A stretch of DNA of 55,809 bases from Octopus bimaculoides (GCF_001194135.2 NC_068985.1:95668803-95724611), one strand, 5' to 3'. Counted from the stretch's first letter, positions 1-13,298 are shown. Made by a program: numbers and translations. The notes: a model not told the origin generated them from the letters alone.

Positions 1-21
1 ATTCCTGTCTTGTTTGAGACA

Positions 22-187
22 TATGCGGGTGTGTTTACGTCCCCGTAACTTAGCGGTTCGGCAAAAGAGACCGATACAATAAGTACTAGGCTTACAAGGA
101 ATAAGTCCTGGGGTCGATTTGCTCGATTAAAGGCGGTGCTCCAGCATGGCCACGGTCACATGACTGAAACAAGTAAAAGAGTAAAAG
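22..187 (+). mobile_element. SINE family A, 3' half
   Basis: Matches the 3' half of the other A copies (gtgtttacgtccccgtaacttagcggttcggc...gactgaaacaagtaaaagag). Confidence 0.9.
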
Positions 188-223
<36 letters not shown>

Positions 224-234
224 ATACATATAAG

Positions 235-405
235 TGCAGGCATGTGATAAGAAGGCTGCTTCCTATTCACATGGTTCTGGGTTCAGTCCCACTGCATGGC
301 ACCTTGAGCAAATGTCTCCTACTATACTCTTGTGAGTGGATTGGTAGATGGAAACTGAAAGAAGTCTATCGTATATATGTATCTCTCTCTTTCTCTCTCT
401 CTCTC

Positions 406-443
<38 letters not shown>

Positions 444-655
444 TTTGTGTCTGTGTTTGTCCGCCATCATTGCTTGACAACCAGTGCTGGTTTGTTTACA
501 TCCCCATAACTTAGCGGTTTAACAAAAGAGACTGATAGAATCAGTAGCAGGCTTAAAATAAAAGCAAACACTGGTGGTCGATTCATTCGACTAAAAATTC
601 TTCAAGGTGGTGCCCCAGCATGGCCACAGTCTAATGACTGAAACAAGTAAAAGAT
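235..655 (+). mobile_element. SINE family A (tRNA-derived), near full length, older variant
   Basis: tRNA-like head with B-box-like GGTTCAGTCCC, accttgagcaa core, internal (TC/TG)n, gactgaaacaagtaaaaga tail. Confidence 0.85.
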
Positions 656-1033
656 AGAAGAGACGTATTGCTCTTAGTATATTTATTTATTCATTTTCTT
701 GTTTTGTTTATAAATATTAATTGATCCATCGCTTTGTCATCACTGTTGTCATCATTGTCATTGCCCCTGTCGTCACCGTCATCATTATTATAATTTGCCC
801 TAGATTCCATTCTCAACACTCAAGCATCTCTCATGTATGTTTCTCTCTCCCACTCTCTCTCTCTGTCTCTCTGACACATGTATACACACATTACATGTCT
901 CTTCTCCACATTAAACAAACACCCACTTCATCTACACACAGTGCATGTGCACGCGTGCACACGCACATACACACACACACACACCATGTACACATCATAA
1001 AATATACCACAACTTACCCCACCATTCATACAC

Positions 1034-1380
1034 GCATGGCTGTGGGGTTAGAAGCTTGTTTCCCAACCACATGGTTTTGGGTTCAATCCCTTTGAGTGAC
1101 ACCTTGGGCAAGTGTGTTCCACTATAATCTTGGGCTGACCAAAGCCTTGTGAGTGGATTTGGTAGACGGAAACTGAAAGAAGCCTGTTGTTTATATATAT
1201 ATATATATATATATGTTTGTATGTGTGTATGTATGTATTTGTTATTTGTGTCTGTGTTTTTTGCCCCCACCCACCATCGCTTGACAACCAATGTTGGTGT
1301 GTTCATGTCCCCGTAACTTAGGGTTTTGACAAAAGAGACAAATAGAATAAGTACTAGGCTTACAAAGAATTAGTCCTGGG
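1034..1380 (+). mobile_element. SINE family A
   Basis: Head GGTTCAATCCC, core, internal microsatellite, 3' part up to gtcctggg. Confidence 0.85.
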
Positions 1381-1467
1381 ATTTACAGAATTGTGAAAAT
1401 CAACACTGCTTACCGAAAAAAGCCATTGCACACATATACATACATATACATATATACATATATACAT

Positions 1468-1516
<49 letters not shown>

Positions 1517-1578
1517 TTAGGAGTATCATCACTTCTATTTTCAGTGAAGCAGGTGCTCTTGTTGTACCTTAGTATACA

Positions 1579-1807
1579 CTTTTACTCTTTTACTTGTTCC
1601 AGTCATTTGACTGTGGCCATGCTGGAGCACCACCTTTAGTCGAGCAAACCGACCCCAGGACTTATTCTTTGTAAGCCTAGTACTTATTCTATCAGTCTCT
1701 TTTTGCTGAATCGCTAAGGTACGGGGATGTAAACACACAGCATCGGTTGTCAAGCAATGTTGGGGGGACAAACATAGACACACAAACACAGACACACACA
1801 AACACAT

Positions 1808-1877
<70 letters not shown>

Positions 1878-2040
1878 GACGGGCTTCTTTCAGTTTCCGT
1901 CAACCAAATCCACTCACAAGGCTTTGGTCGGCCCAAGGCTATAGTAGAAGACACTTGCCCAAGGTGCCACGCAGTGGGACTGAACCCGGAACCATGTGGT
2001 TGGTAAGCAAGCTACTTGCCACACAGCTACTCCTGCGCCT
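1579..2040 (-). mobile_element. SINE family A, full length
   Basis: Reverse complement runs from aggcgcaggagtagctgtgtgg through long (TA)n to the aagtaaaagagtaaaag tail. Confidence 0.92.
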
Positions 2041-2989
2041 ATATATAAATATGTTTATATATCTTATATATAATTATTAATTTGCTCTACGGCTTTTACG
2101 TTCATGGCTATATAACATTATTATTTTTAGGAAAAATATCATTCTTTTATATATATATATACATATAAAACGGAATATCAGTGAATATGGAGGAGAGATG
2201 GAAAAAGAAGGAGTGAAGGAGAAGAGGTGAAGTGAAAAATATTATAAATAGGTTGGGTGGCAGCGGGGGTTGATGGAATCGGTGGATCATCAGAGCAAAG
2301 AGATAACAAGGAGGAAACTATTGAAACAATACCCTATTAAGAAGATGGAAATTTCCAGAGGGAGTTGATAAGGAGTCAATGTAGGTGGAGCAGCTATGAA
2401 TATTCCGAATATGTTTATGAGCTGGGTTTTTTCTTTTTTTTTTTTGTCTTTTGTGTTGCATCTATTTTCTAAAGGGTTTGCTTTAGAGAGAGAGAGAGAG
2501 AAGCAGGAGGGAGACAGAGAGAGAGGAGAGAAGGAGAGTGGTGTGTGTGTGAGCGTGTGTGTGTTTGTATGTGTGAGTGAATGCTAGGATCTGTGTACAG
2601 AGAAATGTGTGATTAAGAAGGTCACTTTGCATCCATAATGGTTTTGGGTTCAGTCCCACTGTGCGACACCTTGGATAGATCTCCTATCATTGCCTTCTGG
2701 CCTCGAGTGACCCATACCTTGTGAGATGAAAACTGTGCGGAAGCCCAACACATTTTTTTTTTTTACTTGCTTCAGTCATTGGACTATCAACACCATGGAC
2801 AGTGTAAGCATAAGGGGCACTTAACATGGATAGAGTGGTCAAAAAAGTAAGAAATCAATGGATCACCAAAGCGGAGAATAGTGAGCTGACAGAATCAGAA
2901 GAGCTTCAGATAAAATGCTTTGATCCTTTTCTCATCTACTTTATCCCAATAAGGGGCTGACAGAGGAAGTAGACATTGTATGTAACAAC

Positions 2990-3150
2990 CCTCATCAAGC
3001 AGTCATGATCAAAGCTATTCCACCCATGACCATCCTATCAGGGAATCCAGAAACACATTAAACAACAAAGTAGGGAGGAATTTTTTTCTTTAAAGAGGGA
3101 ATATTAACTGCTATTTCTAGTAGATCAATGACTACATAGAGGCCTTCATA
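2990..3150 (+). mobile_element. Interspersed repeat family G, old copy
   Basis: Shares tgatcaaag..attcca..catgaccatc and ctgctatttctag motifs with copies at about 4090-4320(-), 18735-18825, 35720-36125 and 48695-49135. Confidence 0.6.
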
Positions 3151-3693
3151 TTGGCTCAGTTGGTCAGTAATTCTTGGTCGAGGTATATTGGCCTCTCTCA
3201 TTTGGCTACTCCTTTGATATTTAATCTTCAAAAACACAAACTTCTAATGTAATCTATACTCTCCCCACCCAGCCACCCCGAAAAAGAAAGAAAGAAAGTT
3301 ATATACTTCAGTGTACGATGGTTTATTTCTTTCTTTCTTAATTTCTTTTCTCAATCTTTCAAAGAGACTGTATCATATTCTCTTTCATTTTGCATCGTCT
3401 ATTAATATTGTCTTCGACTTCAAAAGATAAAATATCACCAATGAATATATTTATTCATTGCCTAATTTTTTTTTTTCTTCTTCATTTATTTTATATTTCA
3501 TTTTTTCTATTTTGTGTCATTGTTATTTATTGTCATCGTCATTGCTTTTTAACCCTCTCGCTCCCACAACCCCACCTACCGAACACAAGAACACATACAA
3601 CATACACCCTCTTTTCTTCTTTCTTCTACAAAACAAAACAAACATTTAATAGCATTCCAGATAAAGATGACCTAACTTACCTGACTATTAGAG

Positions 3694-3712
3694 ATATTAT
3701 TATTATTATTAT

Positions 3713-3771
<59 letters not shown>

Positions 3772-3832
3772 TTATTACTATTATTATTATTATTACTACT
3801 ACTACTACTATTATTATTATTATTATTATCAT

Positions 3833-3867
<35 letters not shown>

Positions 3868-3920
3868 TTATTATTATCATCATTATTGTTGATGTTGTTG
3901 TAATCATTATTGTCATTGTT
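3694..3920. repeat. (ATT)n/(ACT)n compound trinucleotide microsatellite
   Basis: Direct reading. Confidence 0.95.
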
Positions 3921-4355
3921 GTATTGTTTTTTTCTTTGGTAGCTTCAAAAGTTTCCTTTTGACTGCTAACAAAAGATGTTTACATGAGTTCACATTGTTT
4001 CATAGAATGGTATTGGGTTGCATGTTCTAAGCCATCTATGCGTTAACCTTATCAGGCATGGCAATTTAAACCACCAAAACAAATAGATGATCAGAGAAGC
4101 AGTACCAGCTATAGAGAGACCTCTATGTAGCTGCACAACCTGCTAGATACAACAGCTGATCTCCCTCGCATCACACCCCAACTGGCTTCACATAAAGATA
4201 GACATATTGGATAATGTAGTCCTAGATTTAGAATGCCTGTAAAACACAAAGTTGGGATGGTCACAGCTGGAAACCTATTGATCGCAAATCTATTTAATGA
4301 GGAGTGAATACCAACAACAACATGGTCAGAGGTGCAAGCAAACGAGTCTCTATGT

Positions 4356-4629
4356 CAGTGATTCTCAAACTGGGCGGTATTGCCCCCTGGGGATGGTGGA
4401 AAGTTCCAAGGGGGTGTTGAAGGAAAGTGGGGTGATAATGGGATAGCGATTCATGTAAAAGTAACAAAATAATGGGTTCGTTAGGTTAAGTTTTATTTGT
4501 GAAACACAATCGCTTTGAATTTGCTTCAGAAAGAGGTCCATGTTTGTGATGGTAAGTTGGGGTGGTGGCGCTAAGAATGTGGCCTGGGTGTCAAGGAGAC
4601 AGCAGCCCGAAAAAAATTGGGAACCACTG
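4356..4629. mobile_element. hAT (Charlie-like) MITE, 274 bp
   Basis: TIRs cagtgattctcaa / ttgggaaccactg; perfect 8-bp TSD ctctatgt at 4348-4355 and 4630-4637. Confidence 0.9.
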
Positions 4630-4765
4630 CTCTATGTGATCTTTTAACATGCAAGAAAAAGTACCCAAACCTACTTCTTGTCTTAAAAGTAAAGGATATA
4701 TTACTGCATGAGATAGTCTCAAATATACAAACATACTTTGTAATTTTTTTTTTTTAATTTCAATT

Positions 4766-5119
4766 CATCATCAACATCTTCATCGTTTAATGTCCGCTTT
4801 CCATACTAGCATGGGTTGGACGATTTGACTGAGGACTGGTGAACTGGATGGCTGCACCAGACTCCAATCTGATTTGGCAGAATTTCTACAGCTGGATGTC
4901 CTTCCTAACGCCAACCACTCCGAGAGTGTAGTAGGTGCTTTTACATGCCACCAGCACGAGGGCCAGTCAGGTGGTACTGGCAACGGCCATGCTCAGAATG
5001 GTGTATTTTACGTGTCACCTGCACAGGAGCCAGTCCAGCGGCACGGGCAACGACCTCGCTCGAATGTTTTCTAACATTCCACTGGCACAAGTGCCACTAA
5101 GGCGACGCTGGTAACGATC
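4766..5119 (-). mobile_element. Family C non-autonomous retroelement (RTE-type 3' tail)
   Basis: Reverse complement ends tggttggcgttaggaagg..catccagctgtagaaa...ggaaagcggacattaaacgatga with (GAT)n tail. Confidence 0.88.
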
Positions 5120-5448
5120 TGAAACAAGTAAAACAAAAGACATAAACGATATCATCTTTAGAAATGGCTTGAGAAAGAAAAGGTATGGAAAGATGATACC
5201 TATGATGAGGATGTCTTTATCCCTCTGGGGAGGTCTAGCTTGTTTCTAGTTTATAAATATTAAATAACAAGTAAGCTTATGGATTATATGAATCAGGTCA
5301 TTGGACAATTTGTCTTGTGACATTCAGTTGTGTCCCTCCATATTGATCCTTACCATCAACCACACCTCCACCATTGTTCATGGCTAACCACAGTCTTCTC
5401 TCTTGTAGCAGGAGTACTTAACTTAGAAATCAAACCCAGATCACTATA

Positions 5449-5787
5449 TCATCATCATCATTCAGTGCTTTAAATCCAGGTTTTGTCCCCATTAACGGGG
5501 GTAGCCGGATCGACCTCAATACCATAGCAACCGCCCTCACACCATCCCGCCATCTTGCCTGGTTTGGGGCGTCCTCCCTTCTCAAGCCCACCATCCCAAT
5601 CTCCTCCTCCACCTGTCCCCGCAACATTTTCCTTGGTCTACCTCACTTTCAGGGTCCATTTACCTCAAACTCAAACATCCTCCTCAACACATGCCCGTAC
5701 CACCGTGATCCATTTGCCCTTGCCAGCCACTCCACTGATTCCTCCGACCCCAGCATCCCCATCAAATCCTCAGTCCTCCCCTTATTA
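5449..5787 (-). mobile_element. RTE-clade LINE 3' fragment (decayed ORF C-terminus plus (GAT)n tail)
   Basis: Minus frame DLMGMLGSEESVEWLARANGSRWYGHVLRRMFEFEVNGP*K*GRPRKMLRGQVEEEIGMVGLRREDAPNQARWR; RWxGHVxR and RGRP-like motifs are typical of RTE C-termini. Confidence 0.8.
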
Positions 5788-5790
5788 AAC

Positions 5791-5953
5791 ATTGACCCCA
5801 GTTCTCAACTGGTACTTATTTTATTGACCCTGAAAGGATGAAAGGCAAAGTAAACCTCAACAGAATTTGAACTCAGAATGTAAAGGTGAACAGACAAAAT
5901 AACCGCTAAGGATTTTCCCTGGTGAACCAACGATTCTGCCACCTCACCAACTT
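5791..5953 (-). mobile_element. SINE family B (tRNA-derived)
   Basis: Reverse complement has B-box-like GTTCAAATTC and core ctttgcctttcatcctttcagggtcaataaa. Confidence 0.85.
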
Positions 5954-6235
5954 AAAAAGGGTCCAATATTGCTAATCGTTGAAATATGTCCAAAGTTATC
6001 ACCATAGCTACCAAAGATCAAACTCACCACCACACACAACACACACTCCACCACACTCTGCCAACACCTCCCTTTTTCATAACTCCACTTAAATGGTGGT
6101 CAATTGAAATTCTGGAATTCCTTCCATTGTCCATTTTCGAGAGGAATTCTCATTAATGCTAATGACATTTTTTTTTCCTCATTATGGGTTTAATTTCAAG
6201 TGCATGTAACTGTATTTACACACACACATACAATA

Positions 6236-6458
6236 TCATCATCATCATCATCATCATTATCATCATCATCATCATCATCATTATCATCATCATCACCACC
6301 GTCATCGTCAACATCATTATTTAGTGCCCAGGTTCCAGACTGACATGGGTTACAGAGTCTGACAGGATTCAATGGTGCCAAGGAGTGCAGTGTGTCATGC
6401 TACAGAATCTGGTGCCTACTTTGACATGGTTTCTGTAGCTGGATGTCCTTCCTAACAC
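6236..6458 (-). mobile_element. Family C, old 3' fragment with (CAT)n tail
   Basis: tagctggatgtccttcctaac motif; tail array at 6236-6318. Confidence 0.65.
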
Positions 6459-6654
6459 ACCTATATATGTGTGTGCTTCCATACAGTTTCATCTGCCAAT
6501 TCCACAAAGCATGGGTTGGCTCAAGGCTATAGGAATCAGACTAAAATCAAAACCACTTGGTTGTGAAGCAAAACCCTTAATCATACAGCCATGCTTGCAC
6601 ATTCAAATATATGTAAGTCAATAAATAAATACACATACACACATATATGCACAT

Positions 6655-6700
<46 letters not shown>

Positions 6701-7357
6701 ATCAAAATAAGCAACAGGATATCCAGAGGCGATGCAGTGCAACCGTTTCAAGCAGCTCCATTTAATTGAACAATGCAATCATTACATCAATTTAAATGCA
6801 GGGCTATCCTTAGGTGCATTAATAAATAAATAGAATTTTTAATCAGTTGGACACATTGATATAATTTTACTTGAATACTCTAATAGAGCAAGAAGATAGA
6901 CAATTCCATGCTACCACTACTGTAGCTTAGCATATACAAGACTTCAAGAAAAATACGAGAGTTTGTTGAGGCTGTAGCTTGTAAGGGATTTTGATTAAGT
7001 TTTAATTTATTAGTTTTGTTTATCAATTACCAAAATAAGTCTAGAGGACTGTGTCGGGGCAGGAGTGAGTTGACACTACATAGTTGGGTATGGTCATAAG
7101 TATTGTCAAGATTTTTTTTGAAATAGTATAAAGTAACTGTCTATAAAGGTTGGGTAGTGGAAGACCTCAAATCAAGATGTTAATTACCAGTTAAAGGGGC
7201 AATACACTAATAAAACCAATGATATATATATATATATAAAAGTAGAGTGGTGTAATCTGAATGAACAGGAACTGGTATCTCCAAAGAAACTGGTATATCC
7301 AAGATCAATCAGAAGGTCAGGGTCCGTGTGAGCGTATATATATATATATATATATAT

Positions 7358-7550
7358 GGAGATACCAGAGTAAACACATGAATGTGAAACAAGGTGAGAA
7401 AAATAGTACTCAAATACTAAAGGTAGAGTAATATGCTTTATTATTAAAGCTGAAAAAACATCATAAAAAACGGCTACTCAGAATTCTGAATCACAATTGT
7501 CCAACGAACAGGAATGTGAAACTCTGAGTAGCAGTTTTTTTGTGATGTTT
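7358..7550. mobile_element. Head-to-head inverted Penelope-like terminal repeat remnant
   Basis: 7456-7486 is the inverted copy of 7518-7550; the plus arm carries a hammerhead-like motif; right end abuts SINE A. Confidence 0.55.
7495..7536 (+). ncRNA. Degenerate minimal type I hammerhead-like motif
   Basis: AAUUGU-CCAACGA-ACA(GGAA)UGU-GAAA-CUC(U)GAG-UA-GCAGUU; all three stems pair but the core deviates (U4C, G5A). Confidence 0.5.
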
Positions 7551-7725
7551 AGTCAAGCAAATCAACCCCAGGACTTATTCTTTGGAAGCCTAGTACTTAT
7601 TCTGTCAGGCTCTTATTGCCGAACTGCTAAGTTACAGGGACGTAAACACACCAGCATCGGTTGTCAGGCGATGTTGGGAGGACAAACACAGACATACAAA
7701 CACATACACACACATATATATATAC

Positions 7726-7756
<31 letters not shown>

Positions 7757-7915
7757 CGACAGGCTTCTTTCCGTTTCCGTCTACCAAATCCACTCACAAG
7801 GCTTTGGTCAGCCCGAAGCTATAGTAGAAGACACTTGCCCAAGGTGCCACACAGTGGCAATGAACCCGGAACCATGTGGTTCGTAAGCAAGTTACTTACC
7901 ACACAGCCACTCCTA
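7550..7915 (-). mobile_element. SINE family A
   Basis: Colinear with A consensus, 3' tip missing. Confidence 0.9.
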
Positions 7916-8294
7916 TATATATAGAATCAAAGTGTTAATCCTCTTTGAAATTTTCCATGTACCCATCCCCTACTCCATTCTCATCTACCTTAAACTGTTA
8001 CAAAGCAAAAATGTCAAAGAAACAATATATAACAAAAACAATAACATACAATAATTTACAAATAAAAATTGAATATCATAAAATATTGACCAGTTTTTTT
8101 GTTTTTTTTATGATTAACAAAAAATAGATGTCTTAAAACAGCAAATGGCAGCAGATTTTTTGGTAAGGTGTAGTGAATTTGAAACAAATTCCTATTTGAA
8201 TGGTACTTATTTTATCGACCTTCATCCCTTGAGGGTGAAAAGCTGAATTCAGAGTGAGTAAAGGCATGAGAAAATAATTTTAAAAGGTGACTAT

Positions 8295-8620
8295 GCAGGA
8301 GTGGCTGTGTGGGAAGTAGCTTGCTTACCAACTACATGGTTCTGGGTTCAGTCCCACTGCGTGGCATCTTGGGCAAGTGTCTTCTACTATAGCCTCGGGC
8401 CGACCAAAGCCTTGTGAGTGGATTTGGTAGACGGAAACTGAAAGAAGCCTGTCGTATATATGTATATATATGTGTGTGTGTTTGTGTATCTGTGTTTGTT
8501 CCCCCTAGCATTGCTTGGCAACCCATGCTGGTGTGCCTATGTCCCCGTAACTTAGCGGTTCGGCCAAAGAGACCGATTGAATAAGTACTAGGCTTACAAA
8601 AGAATAAGTCCTGGGGTTGA
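8295..8620 (+). mobile_element. SINE family A (runs into gap)
   Basis: gcaggagtggctgtgtgggaagtagc head through gtcctgggg. Confidence 0.9.
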
Positions 8621-9059
8621 NNNNNNNNNNNNNNNNNNNNNNNNNNNNNNNNNNNNNNNNNNNNNNNNNNNNNNNNNNNNNNNNNNNNNNNNNNNNNNNN
8701 NNNNNNNNNNNNNNNNNNNNNNNNNNNNNNNNNNNNNNNNNNNNNNNNNNNNNNNNNNNNNNNNNNNNNNNNNNNNNNNNNNNNNNNNNNNNNNNNNNNN
8801 NNNNNNNNNNNNNNNNNNNNNNNNNNNNNNNNNNNNNNNNNNNNNNNNNNNNNNNNNNNNNNNNNNNNNNNNNNNNNNNNNNNNNNNNNNNNNNNNNNNN
8901 NNNNNNNNNNNNNNNNNNNNNNNNNNNNNNNNNNNNNNNNNNNNNNNNNNNNNNNNNNNNNNNNNNNNNNNNNNNNNNNNNNNNNNNNNNNNNNNNNNNN
9001 NNNNNNNNNNNNNNNNNNNNNNNNNNNNNNNNNNNNNNNNNNNNNNNNNNNNNNNNNNN

Positions 9060-9706
9060 CATCAGTCTAACTATCACTCTTCTTTCTATCTCTCTCTCTC
9101 TCTCTTCCACCTCTCTCTCTCTCTCCCACCTCTCTCTCTCTCCCACTTCTCTCTCTCTCTCCCACCTCTCTCTCTCTGTCTCTCCCACCTCTCTTTCTCT
9201 CTCTCTCCCACCTCTCTCTCTCTCCCACCTCTCTCTCTCCCACCTCTCTCTCTCTCCCACCTCTCTCTCCCAACTCTCTTTCTCTCTCTCTCCCACCTCT
9301 TTTTCTCTCTCTCTCCCACCTCTCTTTCTCTCTCATCTCTGACACTCTTTCTCTATCTTTCTCTTTCTGCTATTCCTTCTCTTTTTACTCTTTCTCCTTC
9401 TTTCCTATTTCTCCCCTCTCTCTCTCTATCTCTCTCTCCTCTCACTCTCTCTCTCTCTCTCTCTCTCATTTCTGTCAGTTTTTCTCTCTCTTTTTCTTTC
9501 TACTATCCCTTCTGTTTCCCCTCCATCTGTCTCTCTATTTCTCTCCTTCTTTCCTATTTCTCCCCTCTCTCTCCTCCCTCTCTCCTCTCTCTTTCTCTCT
9601 TCTTCCTTTTATCAGTCTCTCTATGTCTCCCACAATTCCTCCTCTTATCCTTTCCATACTACATCACCCACCTCTCTCCTCCCTCACTTTCTCTCCCTAA
9701 TCTATA

Positions 9707-9746
<40 letters not shown>

Positions 9747-9871
9747 CTCTCTTCCTTCTCCTGTCCCTTTTACTCTTACATCTGTGAGCCTCTCTCTCAC
9801 TCTCCCTCATTCTCACTCTCCCTCTCCCTCATATGCATCAATCTCTCCCTCTTTATCTTCCTCTCTCTCAA

Positions 9872-9931
<60 letters not shown>

Positions 9932-10269
9932 ACTGTCTCCTTTACTCCTATATCAGTCTTTCTCTCTCTCCCCCTCACTTTCTCTCCTGAATTTATATCA
10001 GTCTCTCCCTCATTTTCTATCTCTCTCTCAATCATTCTCTCTCTCTCTCTCTCCCTCACACTTCTCGTTTTATAACTCCCACATCAGTAAGTCTCTCTCT
10101 TTCACTTTCTCACTCACTTTCCCTCTCTCTCCTTAATTTCTATCCGTCTCACCCACTTTTTCTCCCCCTCTCTCTCTCATCCTGCTATCTCTTTCACTCC
10201 TATATCAATCTTTCTCTTTAACCCCTCTCACTCTCCCTCTTTCTGCTGCTGCCTCTTTCACTCCTATAT

Positions 10270-10308
<39 letters not shown>

Positions 10309-10380
10309 CTTAGCTGTCTCTCCACCTCTCTGCCAGGCACTGTATTCCACCATCTCTCTCCCTCTCTCCCTCTCACTAAC
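9060..10380. repeat. (CT)n-rich polypyrimidine low-complexity tract
   Basis: Direct reading; explains the poly-ER/SL ORFs. Confidence 0.95.
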
Positions 10381-10524
10381 CCTCACCGTTAAATGCTTCC
10401 ATGTAATCATGTGTTCACTGCTTTGTTTAAATCATAAAAGGGAAACAGAATAGGATTGCTGCTTCGCTTCAGAGAAACCCATCAATGGAGCATCTGCAAG
10501 AAACGCTCGGTGCAGGCAGGCGCG

Positions 10525-10525
10525 C

Positions 10526-10573
<48 letters not shown>

Positions 10574-11015
10574 ATATGTGTGTGTGTCTGTGCATGTGTG
10601 TGTGTGTGTGTATTTGTGTACATGTGTGTGTGTATTTGTGTACATGTGTGTGTGCATGTGATATTGTGCCTGTGTGTGTGCACATGTGGTTGCATGCTTG
10701 TGTGAGTGTGTGCATGAGTGTGTGTGTGTGTCTGTGCATGTGTATACACTGTGTGTCTGTGTGCATGAATGTGTATGTGTGTGCACACGTGTGTGTGCGC
10801 ATGTGCGTGTATGTGTGCATGTGTCTATGTATTTGTGTAGGAGTGTGTCTGTGTTTGCATGTGTGTGTGTCTGTGTGCATGTCCATGTGTGTGCACATGT
10901 GTGTATTGCATATATGTACATGCATGTTGCATATGTATAAATGTGTTGCATATACACATGCATTTATATGTTGCATACATGTGTGCATATTGCATATACA
11001 TGTGTATGTGCTTGT
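10525..11015. repeat. Cryptic (TG/CA/TA)n dinucleotide tract
   Basis: Direct reading; explains the CV/HT ORFs. Confidence 0.95.
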
Positions 11016-11034
11016 GCAGGCATAACTTTAATCG

Positions 11035-11296
11035 TTTACCTGTTTCAGCCATTTGACTGCGGCCATGCTGGGGCACTGCCTTTTTAAAATCTGGTACAAA
11101 TTCTACTGACCTCTTTTGCTGAACTGTTAAGTTACAGGGATGTAAACAAACTAACATTGGTTGTCAATTCATGTGAGACACACACACACACACACACACA
11201 CTATCTACCAAAGTCACTCTCAAGGTATTGGTTGACCTGAGGCTATCTATAGTGGAAGATGCAAAACAAAGATGCCACGCAATGGGACTGAACCAG
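11035..11296 (-). mobile_element. SINE family A, internally deleted
   Basis: Tail tgtttcagccatttgactgcggcc and head cacgcaatgggactgaacc. Confidence 0.8.
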
Positions 11297-11552
11297 TGGA
11301 CAAACAGACAGACGGCATGAAGACTAAAAGTTTCAATAAGTACAGAAAAAAGTAGGGGACCCTGTTACCATCGAATTTGCAGTTTTTTCACTCCCTTTTC
11401 AAATTGCTTTTAATTGTTGCAACTGGTTTCACCGCCTTCACCATTTCTATTTTTAGTTCACCACCCAGTAATCTGCACGTCTTCCCACCCAGGTGCATTT
11501 CTCTGGTATTCAATTTTAGCTTTTGTTTTACGCATATGCACTCATATACATC

Positions 11553-11897
11553 AGCATCGTCATCGTCGTCGTCATTTAATGTCCGCTTTCCATGCTGGCA
11601 TGGGTTGGACGATTTGACTGAGGACTGGTGAACCAGATGGCTACACCAGGCTCCAATCTGATTTGGCAGAGTTTCTACAGCTGGATGCCCTTCCTAACAC
11701 CAACCACTCCGAGAGTGTAGTGGGTGCTTTTATGTGCCACCGGCACGAGGGCCTGTCAGGCGGTACTGGAATCGGCCACGCTCGAAATGGTGTATTTTAC
11801 GTCTCACCTGCACAGGAGCCAGTCCATCAGCACTGGCAACGATCTCGCTCAAATGTCTTTTCACATGCCACTGCCACAAGTGCCAGGAAGGCGACGT
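11553..11897 (-). mobile_element. Family C element
   Basis: Close match to 4766-5119. Confidence 0.9.
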
Positions 11898-11934
11898 TAT
11901 ATATATATATGCGTGTGTGTGGTGTGTGTATGAA

Positions 11935-12155
11935 TGCGAGAGTGCAGAAAAAGTTCCTGGTTTTGGGCAAAAGAAGATACAGAAGGATCAGTTAATAATG
12001 ATTTTGTTCAACATATTTCCCTCTCAGATTCACACACCTATTTGCAGCGGTCCTTCAGTTTTTCTATGCTCTGTGAAAGAACTCAGAAGGTTTGGCCTCC
12101 AGCCAGGTCTTTCACAATAGCCTTCAAGCCAGGAACTTTCCAGCACCCCCTCGTG
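11935..12155. mobile_element. Tc1/mariner-type MITE
   Basis: Imperfect ~30-bp TIRs tgcgagagtgcagaaaaagttcctgg / ccaggaactttccagcaccccctcgtg; (TA)CGAGG-type ends. Confidence 0.7.
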
Positions 12156-13298
12156 TGTGGGGTGGGGGTGCACACGTGTGTGTGTGTGTGTGTGTGCGTG
12201 TGCGTGTGTGTGTGTATTAACAAGCAGTCTACTTGATCTATAAAATGCTTTCCTGTCTTAAACCCCATTGATGCAACATATTTCATAATGTTTTCATAAT
12301 CCATTCTGGTATCCGTCTGTCGGTCTTTCCCCCACCCCACCCCCACCGTTGCACAGTCACACACACACACACACAAACACACACACATGCACACACACAA
12401 ACACACACACACACTTGCTCCCATCTACAAAGAACCACCAGAAACTCTAAACAAATATCTCTATGCCATTCAGTGCTCAGCCTTCCTCCAGCTCTACTGT
12501 ATCTCTCTCTCTCCGCAGCCGCCTCCAGTATCACCACCACCACCACCACCACCAAACCACTAATTCCAGCATGCATACGTGTACCCCATTTCTCCACCAC
12601 CACCATCGTGTCTGTCCCATGCATGTAATGAGCTCTTCGTAATGAATTTTATAGAAAATCTACACAGAAGTGTTGGCGGTGGCAGTGGCGGTGGTGAAGA
12701 ATATGAATAATTGAAAAATCCCANNNNNNNNNNNNNNNNNNNNNNNNNNNNNNNNNNNNNNNNNNNNNNNNNNNNNNNNNNNNNNNNNNNNNNNNNNNNN
12801 NNNNNNNNNNNNNNNNNNNNNNNNNNNNNNNNNNNNNNNNNNNNNNNNNNNNNNNNNNNNNNNNNNNNNNNNNNNNNNNNNNNNNNNNNNNNNNNNNNNN
12901 NNNNNNNNNNNNNNNNNNNNNNNNNNNNNNNNNNNNNNNNNNNNNNNNNNNNNNNNNNNNNNNNNNNNNNNNNNNNNNNNNNNNNNNNNNNNNNNNNNNN
13001 NNNNNNNNNNNNNNNNNNNCATGTGTGATCAAGGGGTGGGGGAAAATATTTTTGATTTTATTTATTACTTTTCTTTTGGTTTTGTTTTTCTTCCTTCCCT
13101 CCCTCCTTCCCAACCATCCATCCATCCACCTATGGAACATGAAAAGCAAAAAAATGTTAAATATTTCAAAAAAAAATAGGAAAAAATATATATATAAAAA
13201 AGGAAAAATAACAACAAAAATTCAACTAAAAGAATGAAATTAACAAAAGAATGAAAAATAATAGAAATTTGAATAATTTCTTTCAAATATGAAACAAT

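Noticed and set aside
3672-3684. Perfect donor CAG|gtaagt on minus (also 31995, 54586)
   Set aside because: Upstream sequence is microsatellite or repeat with no supportable exon
8505-9345. Long ORFs spanning N gaps or (GA)n, (TG)n, (TA)n tracts throughout the track
   Set aside because: Artefacts of gaps and microsatellites
12024-12120. Strong acceptor followed by an open frame
   Set aside because: Lies inside the mariner-type MITE
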